In this document: positions 29,663 to 38,362 of the stretch, piece after piece
How the letters are laid out: the number at the start of each line of letters is the position of its first letter
Numbering within the stretch: position 1 is the first letter of the stretch
Assembly: GCA_977020255.1 (NCBI GenBank)
Contig: CDROCS010005363.1
Span: 1 to 64,000 of the forward strand
Source of the DNA: Obrimoposthia wandeli
Lineage: Eukaryota
DNA: 64,000 nt
Direction of reading: 5' to 3'
Program-made: the position numbers and the translations under genes
The notes under the pieces: generated by a model
Told to the model about the DNA's origin: nothing
The model's input: only the letters and a program-made list of their open reading frames with translations
Databases searched by the model: none

Positions 29663-30465
29663 TAAAGATCTTCTTCTATCGGCTGATAACGCGCACTTGG
29701 CTTAAGATAAGCATTCAATCGATCTTGCATAAATAATGCATCTCGCTTCTCTGCTAATAATACAAAGCCTTCAACAATCATTTGATCACGGAAATATAAA
29801 GATTCTTGCTTTTCGGTTACCTGATTTGCCGCAGGTTTAAAAATAATATTCGCTAATACAACACCGTATAAAGTTGTAATTAATGCCAGTGCTAAGCCTT
29901 TACCAAGGGCGGCCATATCGCCATTCATATTATCCAACATAATAACCAAGCCAATAATGGTACCGACCATGCCAAAGCCAGGAGCATAAACCGCCATGGT
30001 ATTTAATACTTTTGATTCAATCGTCATTCGTTGCCAGAAGGCATCCATATCGTCTGTTAAAATAGTACGTATATCATGATTTTTATAACCACTGCTTAAC
30101 AACTCCATACCATGAGCTAAAAATGGATCTCTTCGTTCTTTTTCAGTTAAAGAAGACTCTAATCCTGCGATGCCCTGTTGACGATAAATCTGGCCCCACT
30201 CAATAAAGCGCTCTACATGTCCCCTTAAATATTTCGAACTCGTAGGCGCATGAAAAAAGGTATCAAATAGCGCTTTAATTGCTGTTAGAACATCCCTCGT
30301 TGTATAACTAATCAAAGAAGCTGCAAACGTACTACCAGCGACTAAAGCAAAACTGGATAAGCTAATAAACATTAGATAATTATTTGTGCTCGAAACTATT
30401 GCATAAATAAAGAGACTGATTGCAACGGTAATACCTACGAGCGTGCTAAACGAAAATCGATTCAT
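29662..30465 (-). CDS. motA: MotA/PomA-family stator subunit
   Basis: R-QQGIAGL-E torque pair, APGFGMVGTIIGL, ALITTLYG..LAN..FKP; 1-nt overlap with motB. Confidence 0.92.
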   Translation of the reverse strand: MNRFSFSTLVGITVAISLFIYAIVSSTNNYLMFISLSSFALVAGSTFAASLISYTTRDVLTAIKALFDTFFHAPTSSKYLRGHVERFIEWGQIYRQQGIAGLESSLTEKERRDPFLAHGMELLSSGYKNHDIRTILTDDMDAFWQRMTIESKVLNTMAVYAPGFGMVGTIIGLVIMLDNMNGDMAALGKGLALALITTLYGVVLANIIFKPAANQVTEKQESLYFRDQMIVEGFVLLAEKRDALFMQDRLNAYLKPSARYQPIEEDL

Positions 30466-30474
30466 ACTAGATCC

Positions 30475-32415
30475 TTAGCTTGGATTCGCAACAGCTATCA
30501 ATTCTTCCATGGAGAAACGGCCTGCTTTTAATACTTCACGCATTTTAGCAACCACTTGATTTCGAGCTTGTTCAGTTTGCTCTTGCGCGGCTTGGCCTTC
30601 TTGTATCTTTAATTCGGTAATAACAGAAGATCGTAATTTCACCGGTAATCCGCTTAATATATGTCGCTTAAATTCTGTTGCAGTATTGCATAAGGAAAGT
30701 GCCATCACGGTACGGTCTATATCTCTAAGCTCATTAGCAATAATACGTTCTGGCGTTCGCATTAAATCGGCATAAGTATAATAAACCTGTCGTAAACGAT
30801 AATAGGTTTCAGGCTTATCCGATTTTAAGGTTTTTAGTAGTCGAGTTTCTTCTCCGCTACTCATAGTATCTAGCATATTAATTAGTACCGACAAACCGTT
30901 CGCTGATACATTTTCAAAGCTCGGAACATTCAATGATTTTTGTGCAAGCCGATCAGCTACATCTTTAAACGTTGATACTGGAAGCGTCTCAAACTCGCCT
31001 AATTCATAAGCTACTGCGGATTGTTCATGCCCTTCTAATCGCTGAACTAAACCCGCACCTCTTTGCGCTGACATCTGTGAAAATACCAATGCTTTAATTC
31101 GAGTTTCTTCTTCCTTAATTAAATAAAGAACTTGGGAGTCATTTAATTTTTCCAAGAATGCAAACGGCGCATTACTACTGTCATCATCACCTAAAGCTTT
31201 TAACATTTCATGCCGAATATTATTTAAACTATTAATTCTTTGATCATCATCTAAAGGTTCTTGCTCTATTCGATTCGATAATGCTTCCGAATCAGCACTA
31301 GCAATTTTTGGACAAAGGCTACGAAACAACCCCTTTCCTAATACGTCATACAATGCAGCTACATTCTGACTGTTACCACTATTTAATTGTTCAGTAATAC
31401 GTTGCTGAAATAATTGCGGCTGCCCTAGCCCAATGGTTACCAATTCTTGTCGCATTTCATTCAACTGTCGGCGCTTATCATTAAAGCTATTATGCGAGGT
31501 ATCTTCAGAATTGCCGATAGCTGCCATTTCAACGGCTGCTGGCACAGTAAAGTTATCGAAATTATCACCTCTACGTTGATTCTCTTTTAGGCTATCACTT
31601 AAACGTTTATTGAATAAGTATAAGGCGAAGAGTAAAAGCAACATCATAAAGCCAAAACAGGCTAACATAATCCAGCCTTGGTATTGCTGCCACCAATCAA
31701 GTACTACATCGGTCTTTTCTTCTTTCTTGAATACAGTTCGTACGATTTTTAATGAATCACCTCGTAACTCATCTAACCGCGCTTTCCTAGTTATTAGGTT
31801 ACGAATAAACTCGACCTGCTGATCGCTTAAAATCTTGTCCAATACGATAGTAATCGTAAGTTTATTAATAGAATTTCGATAACCTAACGTTTTTTCTTTT
31901 ATCTTTTCTATTTGTTTTTCCGCTTCTTTACGTAATTTTTCCGCATAACCTAATGCTTGCTGACGCTCGTTTTCTAGCTGCTGAACTCGTCCTTTTAACG
32001 CGTTTACTTCTGCACTATTATCTTCAAAAATGGGTAAGTCACTGGTGGGAAGTCCCGGTAAAGTTTCTTCAACTTCTTTTGATCGATTACCAAACGATGC
32101 AGGAATTGGTTGAGAAGTGAAGATAGGCCTTTCAGGAATGCTATCTCTTCTTGAACTTGATTCTTCTTTAACAATCGTACGGGTTTTCTTTAACTCTGCT
32201 TCAACATGAATAATGAAACGATTATTACCTAGATACGCTTGTAAGTCCCGATTTAAGCGTGCTTCCATTTCATCTTTAAAGCGAACTTCTTCGATTTCAT
32301 CTTTTTTAGCCGGTACTTCAAATGTTTTTCCAGTCTCCGCATAGGTATTAACGGCTGGATAAATAACTGAACATATAAGGCACAGCTTGATGATACTTTT
32401 TATCAATAATTTCAT
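30475..32415 (-). CDS. FliF(ring-building motif 3)-TM-FliG fusion protein
   Basis: Signal peptide; RBM3-like halves (aa ~47-85 and ~183-229 with RGD); TM aa 248-268; FliG-like PFAFL, EEETRIKALVF, YYTYADL and C-terminal helix EQARNQVVAKMREVLKAGRF. Confidence 0.8.
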   Translation of the reverse strand: MKLLIKSIIKLCLICSVIYPAVNTYAETGKTFEVPAKKDEIEEVRFKDEMEARLNRDLQAYLGNNRFIIHVEAELKKTRTIVKEESSSRRDSIPERPIFTSQPIPASFGNRSKEVEETLPGLPTSDLPIFEDNSAEVNALKGRVQQLENERQQALGYAEKLRKEAEKQIEKIKEKTLGYRNSINKLTITIVLDKILSDQQVEFIRNLITRKARLDELRGDSLKIVRTVFKKEEKTDVVLDWWQQYQGWIMLACFGFMMLLLLFALYLFNKRLSDSLKENQRRGDNFDNFTVPAAVEMAAIGNSEDTSHNSFNDKRRQLNEMRQELVTIGLGQPQLFQQRITEQLNSGNSQNVAALYDVLGKGLFRSLCPKIASADSEALSNRIEQEPLDDDQRINSLNNIRHEMLKALGDDDSSNAPFAFLEKLNDSQVLYLIKEEETRIKALVFSQMSAQRGAGLVQRLEGHEQSAVAYELGEFETLPVSTFKDVADRLAQKSLNVPSFENVSANGLSVLINMLDTMSSGEETRLLKTLKSDKPETYYRLRQVYYTYADLMRTPERIIANELRDIDRTVMALSLCNTATEFKRHILSGLPVKLRSSVITELKIQEGQAAQEQTEQARNQVVAKMREVLKAGRFSMEELIAVANPS

Positions 32416-32427
32416 GTTTATTCCCCC

Positions 32428-33150
32428 CTACTTCAACCGTGCCAGACTGGTTTTAACTTGTTCCATATCAGGATCGATTACAAGTGCTTGCTGCCAGCTA
32501 GATTTCGCCTCAGCACTCAGTCCCATCTTATAATAAATACTGCCTTTTAAGGCATGTGCTTGAGCCGAATCAGGAACCAATTCGAGCGCTTTATTAGTTT
32601 CATCTAATGACTTCCAGTATTGTTTTTTATAGAACAAAGACTGGGCACTAAAAATATATTTAGTCGATGCTTGGAAGTCTTGAATTTTCTTTTGTTCAAC
32701 TAAGTCACTACGCTCATCAAACTCTTCATGATGCATCTCTGCTTTATCATCATTTAGACTAGCGAGCACTTGTTTATTTTTCTCTGCAATCTCTGCGGCA
32801 CTTTTTTGGAGAGTCTCTTGCATCGTACTGTGTTCAGTACCAGGAACTGCCGGTAACTTCATACTGAAGCTAACGTCACTATCACCCGCATCTAATGTCA
32901 TTAAGACATCAAATCCTGGTCCATAACGATGAATGTGCATGAGTCCATGATTCTTTTTCGCTAGGTCCGCCACTTGTTTACGTTTCTCTATTATTTCTAG
33001 AGAAATTTCTGCGCTTGCTTCTGTACTCTCTTCACCTATTCCCTGCAGGTCTGGTTGATCGCCACCATACTGGGTAAGGGTTCGATTTGTTCTTTCCATA
33101 GTGCAAGCACTAAGGAAAGAAACTAACAATACTACCATTAAATATTTCAT
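32428..33150 (-). CDS. TPR-containing lipoprotein
   Basis: Lipobox LSAC; C-terminal TPRs (ALELVPDSAQAHALKGSIYYKMG...WQQALVIDP). Confidence 0.85.
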   Translation of the reverse strand: MKYLMVVLLVSFLSACTMERTNRTLTQYGGDQPDLQGIGEESTEASAEISLEIIEKRKQVADLAKKNHGLMHIHRYGPGFDVLMTLDAGDSDVSFSMKLPAVPGTEHSTMQETLQKSAAEIAEKNKQVLASLNDDKAEMHHEEFDERSDLVEQKKIQDFQASTKYIFSAQSLFYKKQYWKSLDETNKALELVPDSAQAHALKGSIYYKMGLSAEAKSSWQQALVIDPDMEQVKTSLARLK

Positions 33151-33159
33151 GTTCCGTCC

Positions 33160-34227
33160 TTAGAAGCGCATGCCAAGTGTTAGGTCATAACTTGCAGCAC
33201 CAAAGGTACCTATCTCTTCGAATCCCGCATCACTTTTCCACTTCACATCTGTTTCTTGCATATACACGACACCAAAGTCCATAAATCCGTCCTTGAAGAA
33301 TGGAAATTCGAAACCAAAACGAAAGATCAAACTATTTGCATCATTAAAGAATGCCTGTCCAATACCTAGATATACATTGCTATCGATGACACCATCCAAT
33401 GCAGGTATATCAGCAATGATACGACCTTCTAAGTTATAGCCACTAAGGTCGAATAATTCTTCCGATGAAGTATTGGTAAAATATTCAAAGCCTAGGGTAT
33501 ATTCAATACCTTCATTTAATTCAGTACTCTCACGCCTGCGTAGACCAAATACAGTTGCGCCGCTAAGCTCAGCTTCTCCTCCACCGGCGGTACTTTTTCG
33601 CGTTCCGTTAACGCCCCAAGCTCCGACTATAAATTCATATTGAACTTTATCAAAATTTTCTTCTTCCGCTTCTTGTGTTGTTTTCTTCGAGTACTCTTTA
33701 AGCCAAAGTAATTCGTTATTTTTACCATCAACGAGTCGTAGATTAATTGTAAATTTATTTTGATGAACTGAAGAACTCCAAAACATAAATGCATCAGCAC
33801 GTACTTGCTTAGATAATGCTCTTAATTGTTGGTTGCTTTCAGCAGCCTGAGATATTTTCAGTTCATCAGCCGCCATCATTACTTTCGTTGTACGGCATTC
33901 AATACATTGAATCACTTCAAAACGACCGTTTGCGATGAGTCGACGCATGAGTTTATTTTCGATCATTTGATGAACTTGCTTAGGAATTAAGCGATGAAGT
34001 CGATCGCCATTATGATAAAGAGCAATACGCTGAATCCCTTCATCAAGGTCCATAAGTTCCTCTAGAAGCAATGTTTTATCATCGTCTAGTAATTGGCCAA
34101 AACCGGTATAGAGTGTCGGGGGTGGCTCAGCCATTTGAGGTACTACTTGCTCTGCCGCTTGCACGTAATTTAGTGACAGTAATAAACTGATGCTTACTAG
34201 CTTTATAATTTTGACAACCATCAACAT
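33160..34227 (-). CDS. Secreted protein with CsgG/FlgO-like periplasmic domain and C-terminal outer-membrane beta-barrel
   Basis: Signal peptide; LIANGRFEVI...ADAF...INLRLVDGKNNELLW domain containing CIEC; amphipathic strands ending YDLTLGMRF (terminal Phe). Confidence 0.65.
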   Translation of the reverse strand: MLMVVKIIKLVSISLLLSLNYVQAAEQVVPQMAEPPPTLYTGFGQLLDDDKTLLLEELMDLDEGIQRIALYHNGDRLHRLIPKQVHQMIENKLMRRLIANGRFEVIQCIECRTTKVMMAADELKISQAAESNQQLRALSKQVRADAFMFWSSSVHQNKFTINLRLVDGKNNELLWLKEYSKKTTQEAEEENFDKVQYEFIVGAWGVNGTRKSTAGGGEAELSGATVFGLRRRESTELNEGIEYTLGFEYFTNTSSEELFDLSGYNLEGRIIADIPALDGVIDSNVYLGIGQAFFNDANSLIFRFGFEFPFFKDGFMDFGVVYMQETDVKWKSDAGFEEIGTFGAASYDLTLGMRF

Positions 34228-34326
34228 TCCCTAACCTTGACATCTTTTCTAGATTCCTCATGTCAGCATAGTTCAGATATGCAGGTTAGATGAAACTTTG
34301 CTATGCTTTTTTGTAATGGAGTACTT

Positions 34327-34674
34327 ATGAAATCAATGATTCAACTAGCTTTTCTATTTCTATTCAGTCAATTAGTAAGTCAGCCCCTTTTTGCTGAAGA
34401 GAATAAAGTAAAGAATAATCTAAAGATCATTTCTCTCTATCAGATTGAAGATGATACAAATGCAGGGTTTGACTTTTTCACGTCACAAAAAATACATAAA
34501 TGCGGTGGTAAACTGTCCAATCGCTTTCGATCTTATAGCGATCATAAAGCTGTCGCTGAACGAAAGTTCAAGATCGCACTAGCAGCATTAAATTTTCAGT
34601 ATAAAGTGAGTATAAAGTCCTTGGGCTGTGAAGGCCGCTCAATGCTAATCGACCACATTGGCATCAGCCTATAA
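34327..34674 (+). CDS. Small secreted hypothetical protein
   Basis: Signal peptide (..SQPLFA), two Cys; divergent from the motor operon. Confidence 0.7.
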   Translation: MKSMIQLAFLFLFSQLVSQPLFAEENKVKNNLKIISLYQIEDDTNAGFDFFTSQKIHKCGGKLSNRFRSYSDHKAVAERKFKIALAALNFQYKVSIKSLGCEGRSMLIDHIGISL

Positions 34675-34698
34675 ACTTCAGACATTTCGAGCAGGCAT

Positions 34699-34735
34699 AA
34701 AAAAGCCGAACTTATGTCACCATAAGTTCGGCTTT
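34699..34735. terminator. Terminator hairpin between convergent genes
   Basis: AAAGCCGAACTTATG-tcac-CATAAGTTCGGCTTT 15-bp perfect stem. Confidence 0.85.
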
Positions 34736-34804
34736 CTAAAATGATTAAACTGTTAAGGCTAGATAAATTAGCACGTAGCCAGTTAACAAATCATCAGTTA
34801 GATC

Positions 34805-36331
34805 TTAATCAATTTGCTTAGCAGCAATTTTAGCTTTCCATTCTTGCGGGCCAGTGATGTGCACTGAAGAACCACGACAATCTACGGCAACCGTTACGGG
34901 CATATCAACAACGTCAAATTCGTAGATCGCTTCCATACCTAAGTCAGCAAAACCAACAACTTCAGCGCCTTTAATCGCTTGTGATACTAAGTAAGCAGCA
35001 CCACCCACAGCCATTAAATAAACCGCTTCGTTATCACGAATCGCTTCAATCGCCATTGGGCCACGCTCGGCTTTACCGATCATGCCTAAAAGGCCAGTTT
35101 CTTCTAATACTGTACGAGTAAACTTATCCATACGGGTCGCCGTTGTAGGGCCTGCAGGACCGACTACTTCGTCACGTACTGGGTCAACAGGACCTACGTA
35201 ATAGATAAAACGGCCTTTTAGATCAACCGGCAATTCTTCGCCGTTATTGATCATATCAACCATGCGCTTGTGCGCCGCATCACGACCAGTAAGCATTTTG
35301 CCGGACAATAATACGGTTTCACCGGGTAGCCAATCTTTAACCATCTCAGGAGTGACTTCGTTCAGATTAACGCGACGAACACCTTCACCCACTTCCCAAG
35401 TAATGTCAGGCCAGTCTTCGATTTTAGGCACGGGCAATACGGCTGGACCGGAACCGTCTAATTCGAAATGAACGTGGCGAGTAGCCGCACAGTTTGGAAT
35501 AATGGCAACCGGCTTGTTGGCAGCATGTGTCGGGAAATCGGCTACTTTAATATCAACAACCGTAGTAAGACCGCCAAGGCCTTGTGCGCCGATACCTAGT
35601 TTGTTCACTTTATCGAACAATTCTAGACGCAGCTCTTCCGCACGAGTTTGTGCGCCACGAGCTTGTAGCTCTTGAATATTAACCGGCTCTAATAATGATT
35701 CTTTAGCGATCATCATCGCTTTTTCAGCCGTACCGCCGATGCCTATACCAAGCATGCCTGGTGGACACCAACCAGCACCCATTTTTGGAATTTGCTCTAA
35801 TACCCAATCAACAACAGAATCCGAAGGGTTCAACATAGCAAATTTAGACTTGGCTTCTGAACCGCCGCCTTTTGCCGCAACGTGAACGTCTACGGTATTA
35901 CCCTGAACTAATTTAACGTGGACAATCGCTGGGGTATTATCTTTAGTATTGCTACGCGCGCCATCAGGATCAGCCAAAATAGAAGCACGTAATACGTTAT
36001 CTGGATTCAGATAAGCGCGACGAACACCTTCGTTGGCGATGTCTTCGATATTCATCGTGGCATCTTCAAAACGCACATCCATGCCGATTTCTAAAAATAC
36101 GGTAACAATACCGGTATCTTGGCAAATTGGACGGTGGCCTTGGGCACACATACGAGAGTTAATCAGAATCTGAGCCATGGCATCTTTAGCCGCTTTCGAT
36201 TCTTCTTTTAGATAGGCTTCATGAACAGCGTCGATGAAATCTTTTGGGTGATAATACGAAATATATTGCAGTGCGTCCGCGATGCTCTCGATCAGATCAT
36301 CTTGGCGAACAACTGTGACGGCATTAGCCAT
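34805..36331 (-). CDS. fumA: Fumarate hydratase class I (Fe-S)
   Basis: RPICQDTG, KGGGSE, GAGWCPPG, AIIPNCAATRH, GPTTATRMD. Confidence 0.95.
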   Translation of the reverse strand: MANAVTVVRQDDLIESIADALQYISYYHPKDFIDAVHEAYLKEESKAAKDAMAQILINSRMCAQGHRPICQDTGIVTVFLEIGMDVRFEDATMNIEDIANEGVRRAYLNPDNVLRASILADPDGARSNTKDNTPAIVHVKLVQGNTVDVHVAAKGGGSEAKSKFAMLNPSDSVVDWVLEQIPKMGAGWCPPGMLGIGIGGTAEKAMMIAKESLLEPVNIQELQARGAQTRAEELRLELFDKVNKLGIGAQGLGGLTTVVDIKVADFPTHAANKPVAIIPNCAATRHVHFELDGSGPAVLPVPKIEDWPDITWEVGEGVRRVNLNEVTPEMVKDWLPGETVLLSGKMLTGRDAAHKRMVDMINNGEELPVDLKGRFIYYVGPVDPVRDEVVGPAGPTTATRMDKFTRTVLEETGLLGMIGKAERGPMAIEAIRDNEAVYLMAVGGAAYLVSQAIKGAEVVGFADLGMEAIYEFDVVDMPVTVAVDCRGSSVHITGPQEWKAKIAAKQID

Positions 36332-36544
36332 GGGTCACGTCCTCATCAAGTTATAAGCGCTATAAACTAGTCTCGCACTTTTTCAGTGCTCTAAATAAAC
36401 AGTGCCCTAAAAAATAATACCCACTGGGAGGCGGGTATCGGGTTATAGCTTATTGTAACTCAATTCAAACGAGTCGTCAGACAAATGCTGTCCTTGGCAC
36501 CCTGCTTCAATTAACCTGTTGTTAGGTTAACGTCAGCCCTAGAG

Positions 36545-37237
36545 CTAAAAAGGACTCCAGCTTTTAGTTCCCTCAGACGCTTCATTTTCAGCGCTATCCG
36601 AAGCATTACTTTCGTCTTTGTCGCTTTTTGTTGAAGAGGCCAATTTAACTTTTTCCGCAACGACAGGAATTGCAGATATTAATCCTCGGCCTTCATCCAA
36701 CATATTTGTTTGCTGAATTTCAGTAAGTGCCACATCGGGTGTAACGACTTGCAAAGGATTTTTATGAAAGGTCATGTCAGCAAATTTAGCGGCATCTTTA
36801 TCGACTTCCGAATAGCGTAAATAGTAAACATTACCGGCCTGCGCATTCAATTGCAGCTCAGTCACCATTTTAAGGGTGAAATCTACAACATCATGTACGT
36901 GAATGCCTTCTAGTCCGCCTAAAGGGCGGCGAATTTTCACATCATGATTGCCCGGCTTTAATTCATACCAGGTGTAACCATTGCCTTTAATGTTGAACAG
37001 ACGCTCATCATTTAAATAAAAGCTTGGCGCTTCTAGCTCGTCATTCGCCCAAGTCGAAGCTGGGCGATAAACATAGATTAAAGCCGTATGTTCGTAATCC
37101 CAACGATAACCTACAGGCTGAAAATCCTGTCCATTAGGTGCTGAAACAAAGCTTCCGAAATTGTGTCCAATAGACTGGTAAATTGTGCAGCTCGGTAGCA
37201 TTAAAACCGATAGCAGCAATAATCCGATTCTTATCAT
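36545..37237 (-). CDS. DUF2846-like lipoprotein
   Basis: Lipobox LPSC; ALIYVYRP...GYTWYELKPG...GNVYYLR pattern. Confidence 0.75.
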   Translation of the reverse strand: MIRIGLLLLSVLMLPSCTIYQSIGHNFGSFVSAPNGQDFQPVGYRWDYEHTALIYVYRPASTWANDELEAPSFYLNDERLFNIKGNGYTWYELKPGNHDVKIRRPLGGLEGIHVHDVVDFTLKMVTELQLNAQAGNVYYLRYSEVDKDAAKFADMTFHKNPLQVVTPDVALTEIQQTNMLDEGRGLISAIPVVAEKVKLASSTKSDKDESNASDSAENEASEGTKSWSPF

Positions 37238-37336
37238 TATTATGTCCTATCCACAAAGGGATCATTTGCATCATTTTGTTGTCACTTGTATGATGCCATG
37301 CATAACAAAAAATAACAAAAACAGGGAGTTTGAAAA

Positions 37337-37879
37337 ATGAAAACCCCATTTCTCATCACTACGATATTAATTTTCAGCGGCAGCTTGCTGAATGTCTTTG
37401 TGATAGCCAAAGATAATCCTTATTATGCGAACGACTTAGATGCCGCCGTTCAGGATGCCGAAAAAAACCCTAGCGATATGAAGTTTGTCGGTAACCGTTG
37501 GTATAACCGCAGTACTTCAAAAAGTTTTGATTTCCCAAAACTAATGAACACAGAGATGTCTTCTGAAATCGTTGATGGTGCGCTCGACTCTACTGCCGCG
37601 GGCCCTGGAGACGTTGCTCCTGTACGAACTTCGCCTTTGGAACTGAATGCGGAAGATGTTATTGCTAATAAGCAAGACGACTCTGAGTTAGACTTTTTAG
37701 CCGATACTAAAACCACAGAAATTGATCTTTCAATTCAACCTCCTGCAGATATCGAGGAGCTTGCACCTTCGATATTCACGATTGACAAAATAGAATATAG
37801 TAGTGGAAACTATTCCGGTAGCGCTACAAATATTCGCGGTGAGTCTAGCTCTAGAGCGTATATCACACCTGAACCTTAA
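37337..37879 (+). CDS. Secreted hypothetical protein (paralog A)
   Basis: Signal peptide; shares the YY..D...A...A.K.P...YNRST..S.D.P.L.N.EM motif with the next gene. Confidence 0.8.
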   Translation: MKTPFLITTILIFSGSLLNVFVIAKDNPYYANDLDAAVQDAEKNPSDMKFVGNRWYNRSTSKSFDFPKLMNTEMSSEIVDGALDSTAAGPGDVAPVRTSPLELNAEDVIANKQDDSELDFLADTKTTEIDLSIQPPADIEELAPSIFTIDKIEYSSGNYSGSATNIRGESSSRAYITPEP

Positions 37880-37894
37880 TACTATGGTGATGTC

Positions 37895-38323
37895 ATGATG
37901 AAAGCCCCACTCAAGGCTCTAGCCTTAACCCTTGCAAGCCTAACTCCAGCATTGAGTTGGGCTGTAAACCCGCATGATGAATACTATACCGATGATATCT
38001 TCACTGCGATAAATGAAGCTAAGAAGCGCCCACATCATTACGACTACAGTAACGCTAAACGCTATAATCGTTCCACTACGCAAAGCCTTGATATTCCTAG
38101 ACTTTTAAACAAAGAGATGGGAGTTACAAGCATTGAAAGCCAGGATGAAAATAGTATTTCAGCTGACGATACTCCCGTAGGTAAACACCAACAGAAGCAA
38201 TATCAATTAAGTGAAGATGATCTGGCTGGCAGCCAAGCTTTACCTGTCCGCCCTATCGCACCGACTATTGGCAATTCCAATGTGCAATCACCCAATATTA
38301 CGACGACTATCATAGCTCGCTGA
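37895..38323 (+). CDS. Secreted hypothetical protein (paralog B)
   Basis: Signal peptide (..ALSWA); same N-terminal motif as 37337-37879. Confidence 0.8.
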   Translation: MMKAPLKALALTLASLTPALSWAVNPHDEYYTDDIFTAINEAKKRPHHYDYSNAKRYNRSTTQSLDIPRLLNKEMGVTSIESQDENSISADDTPVGKHQQKQYQLSEDDLAGSQALPVRPIAPTIGNSNVQSPNITTTIIAR

Positions 38324-38362
38324 ATATTTACAAAGGTTTTACAAGCCGTTATCAAGTTTGGT

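Noticed and set aside
28982-30465. Zorya (ZorAB) defence system or ExbBD/TolQR
   Set aside because: MotA is short, lacks a long ZorA tail and has FliG-contact residues; no ZorC/D/E, TonB or TolA/Pal neighbours; a FliG-like gene is adjacent.
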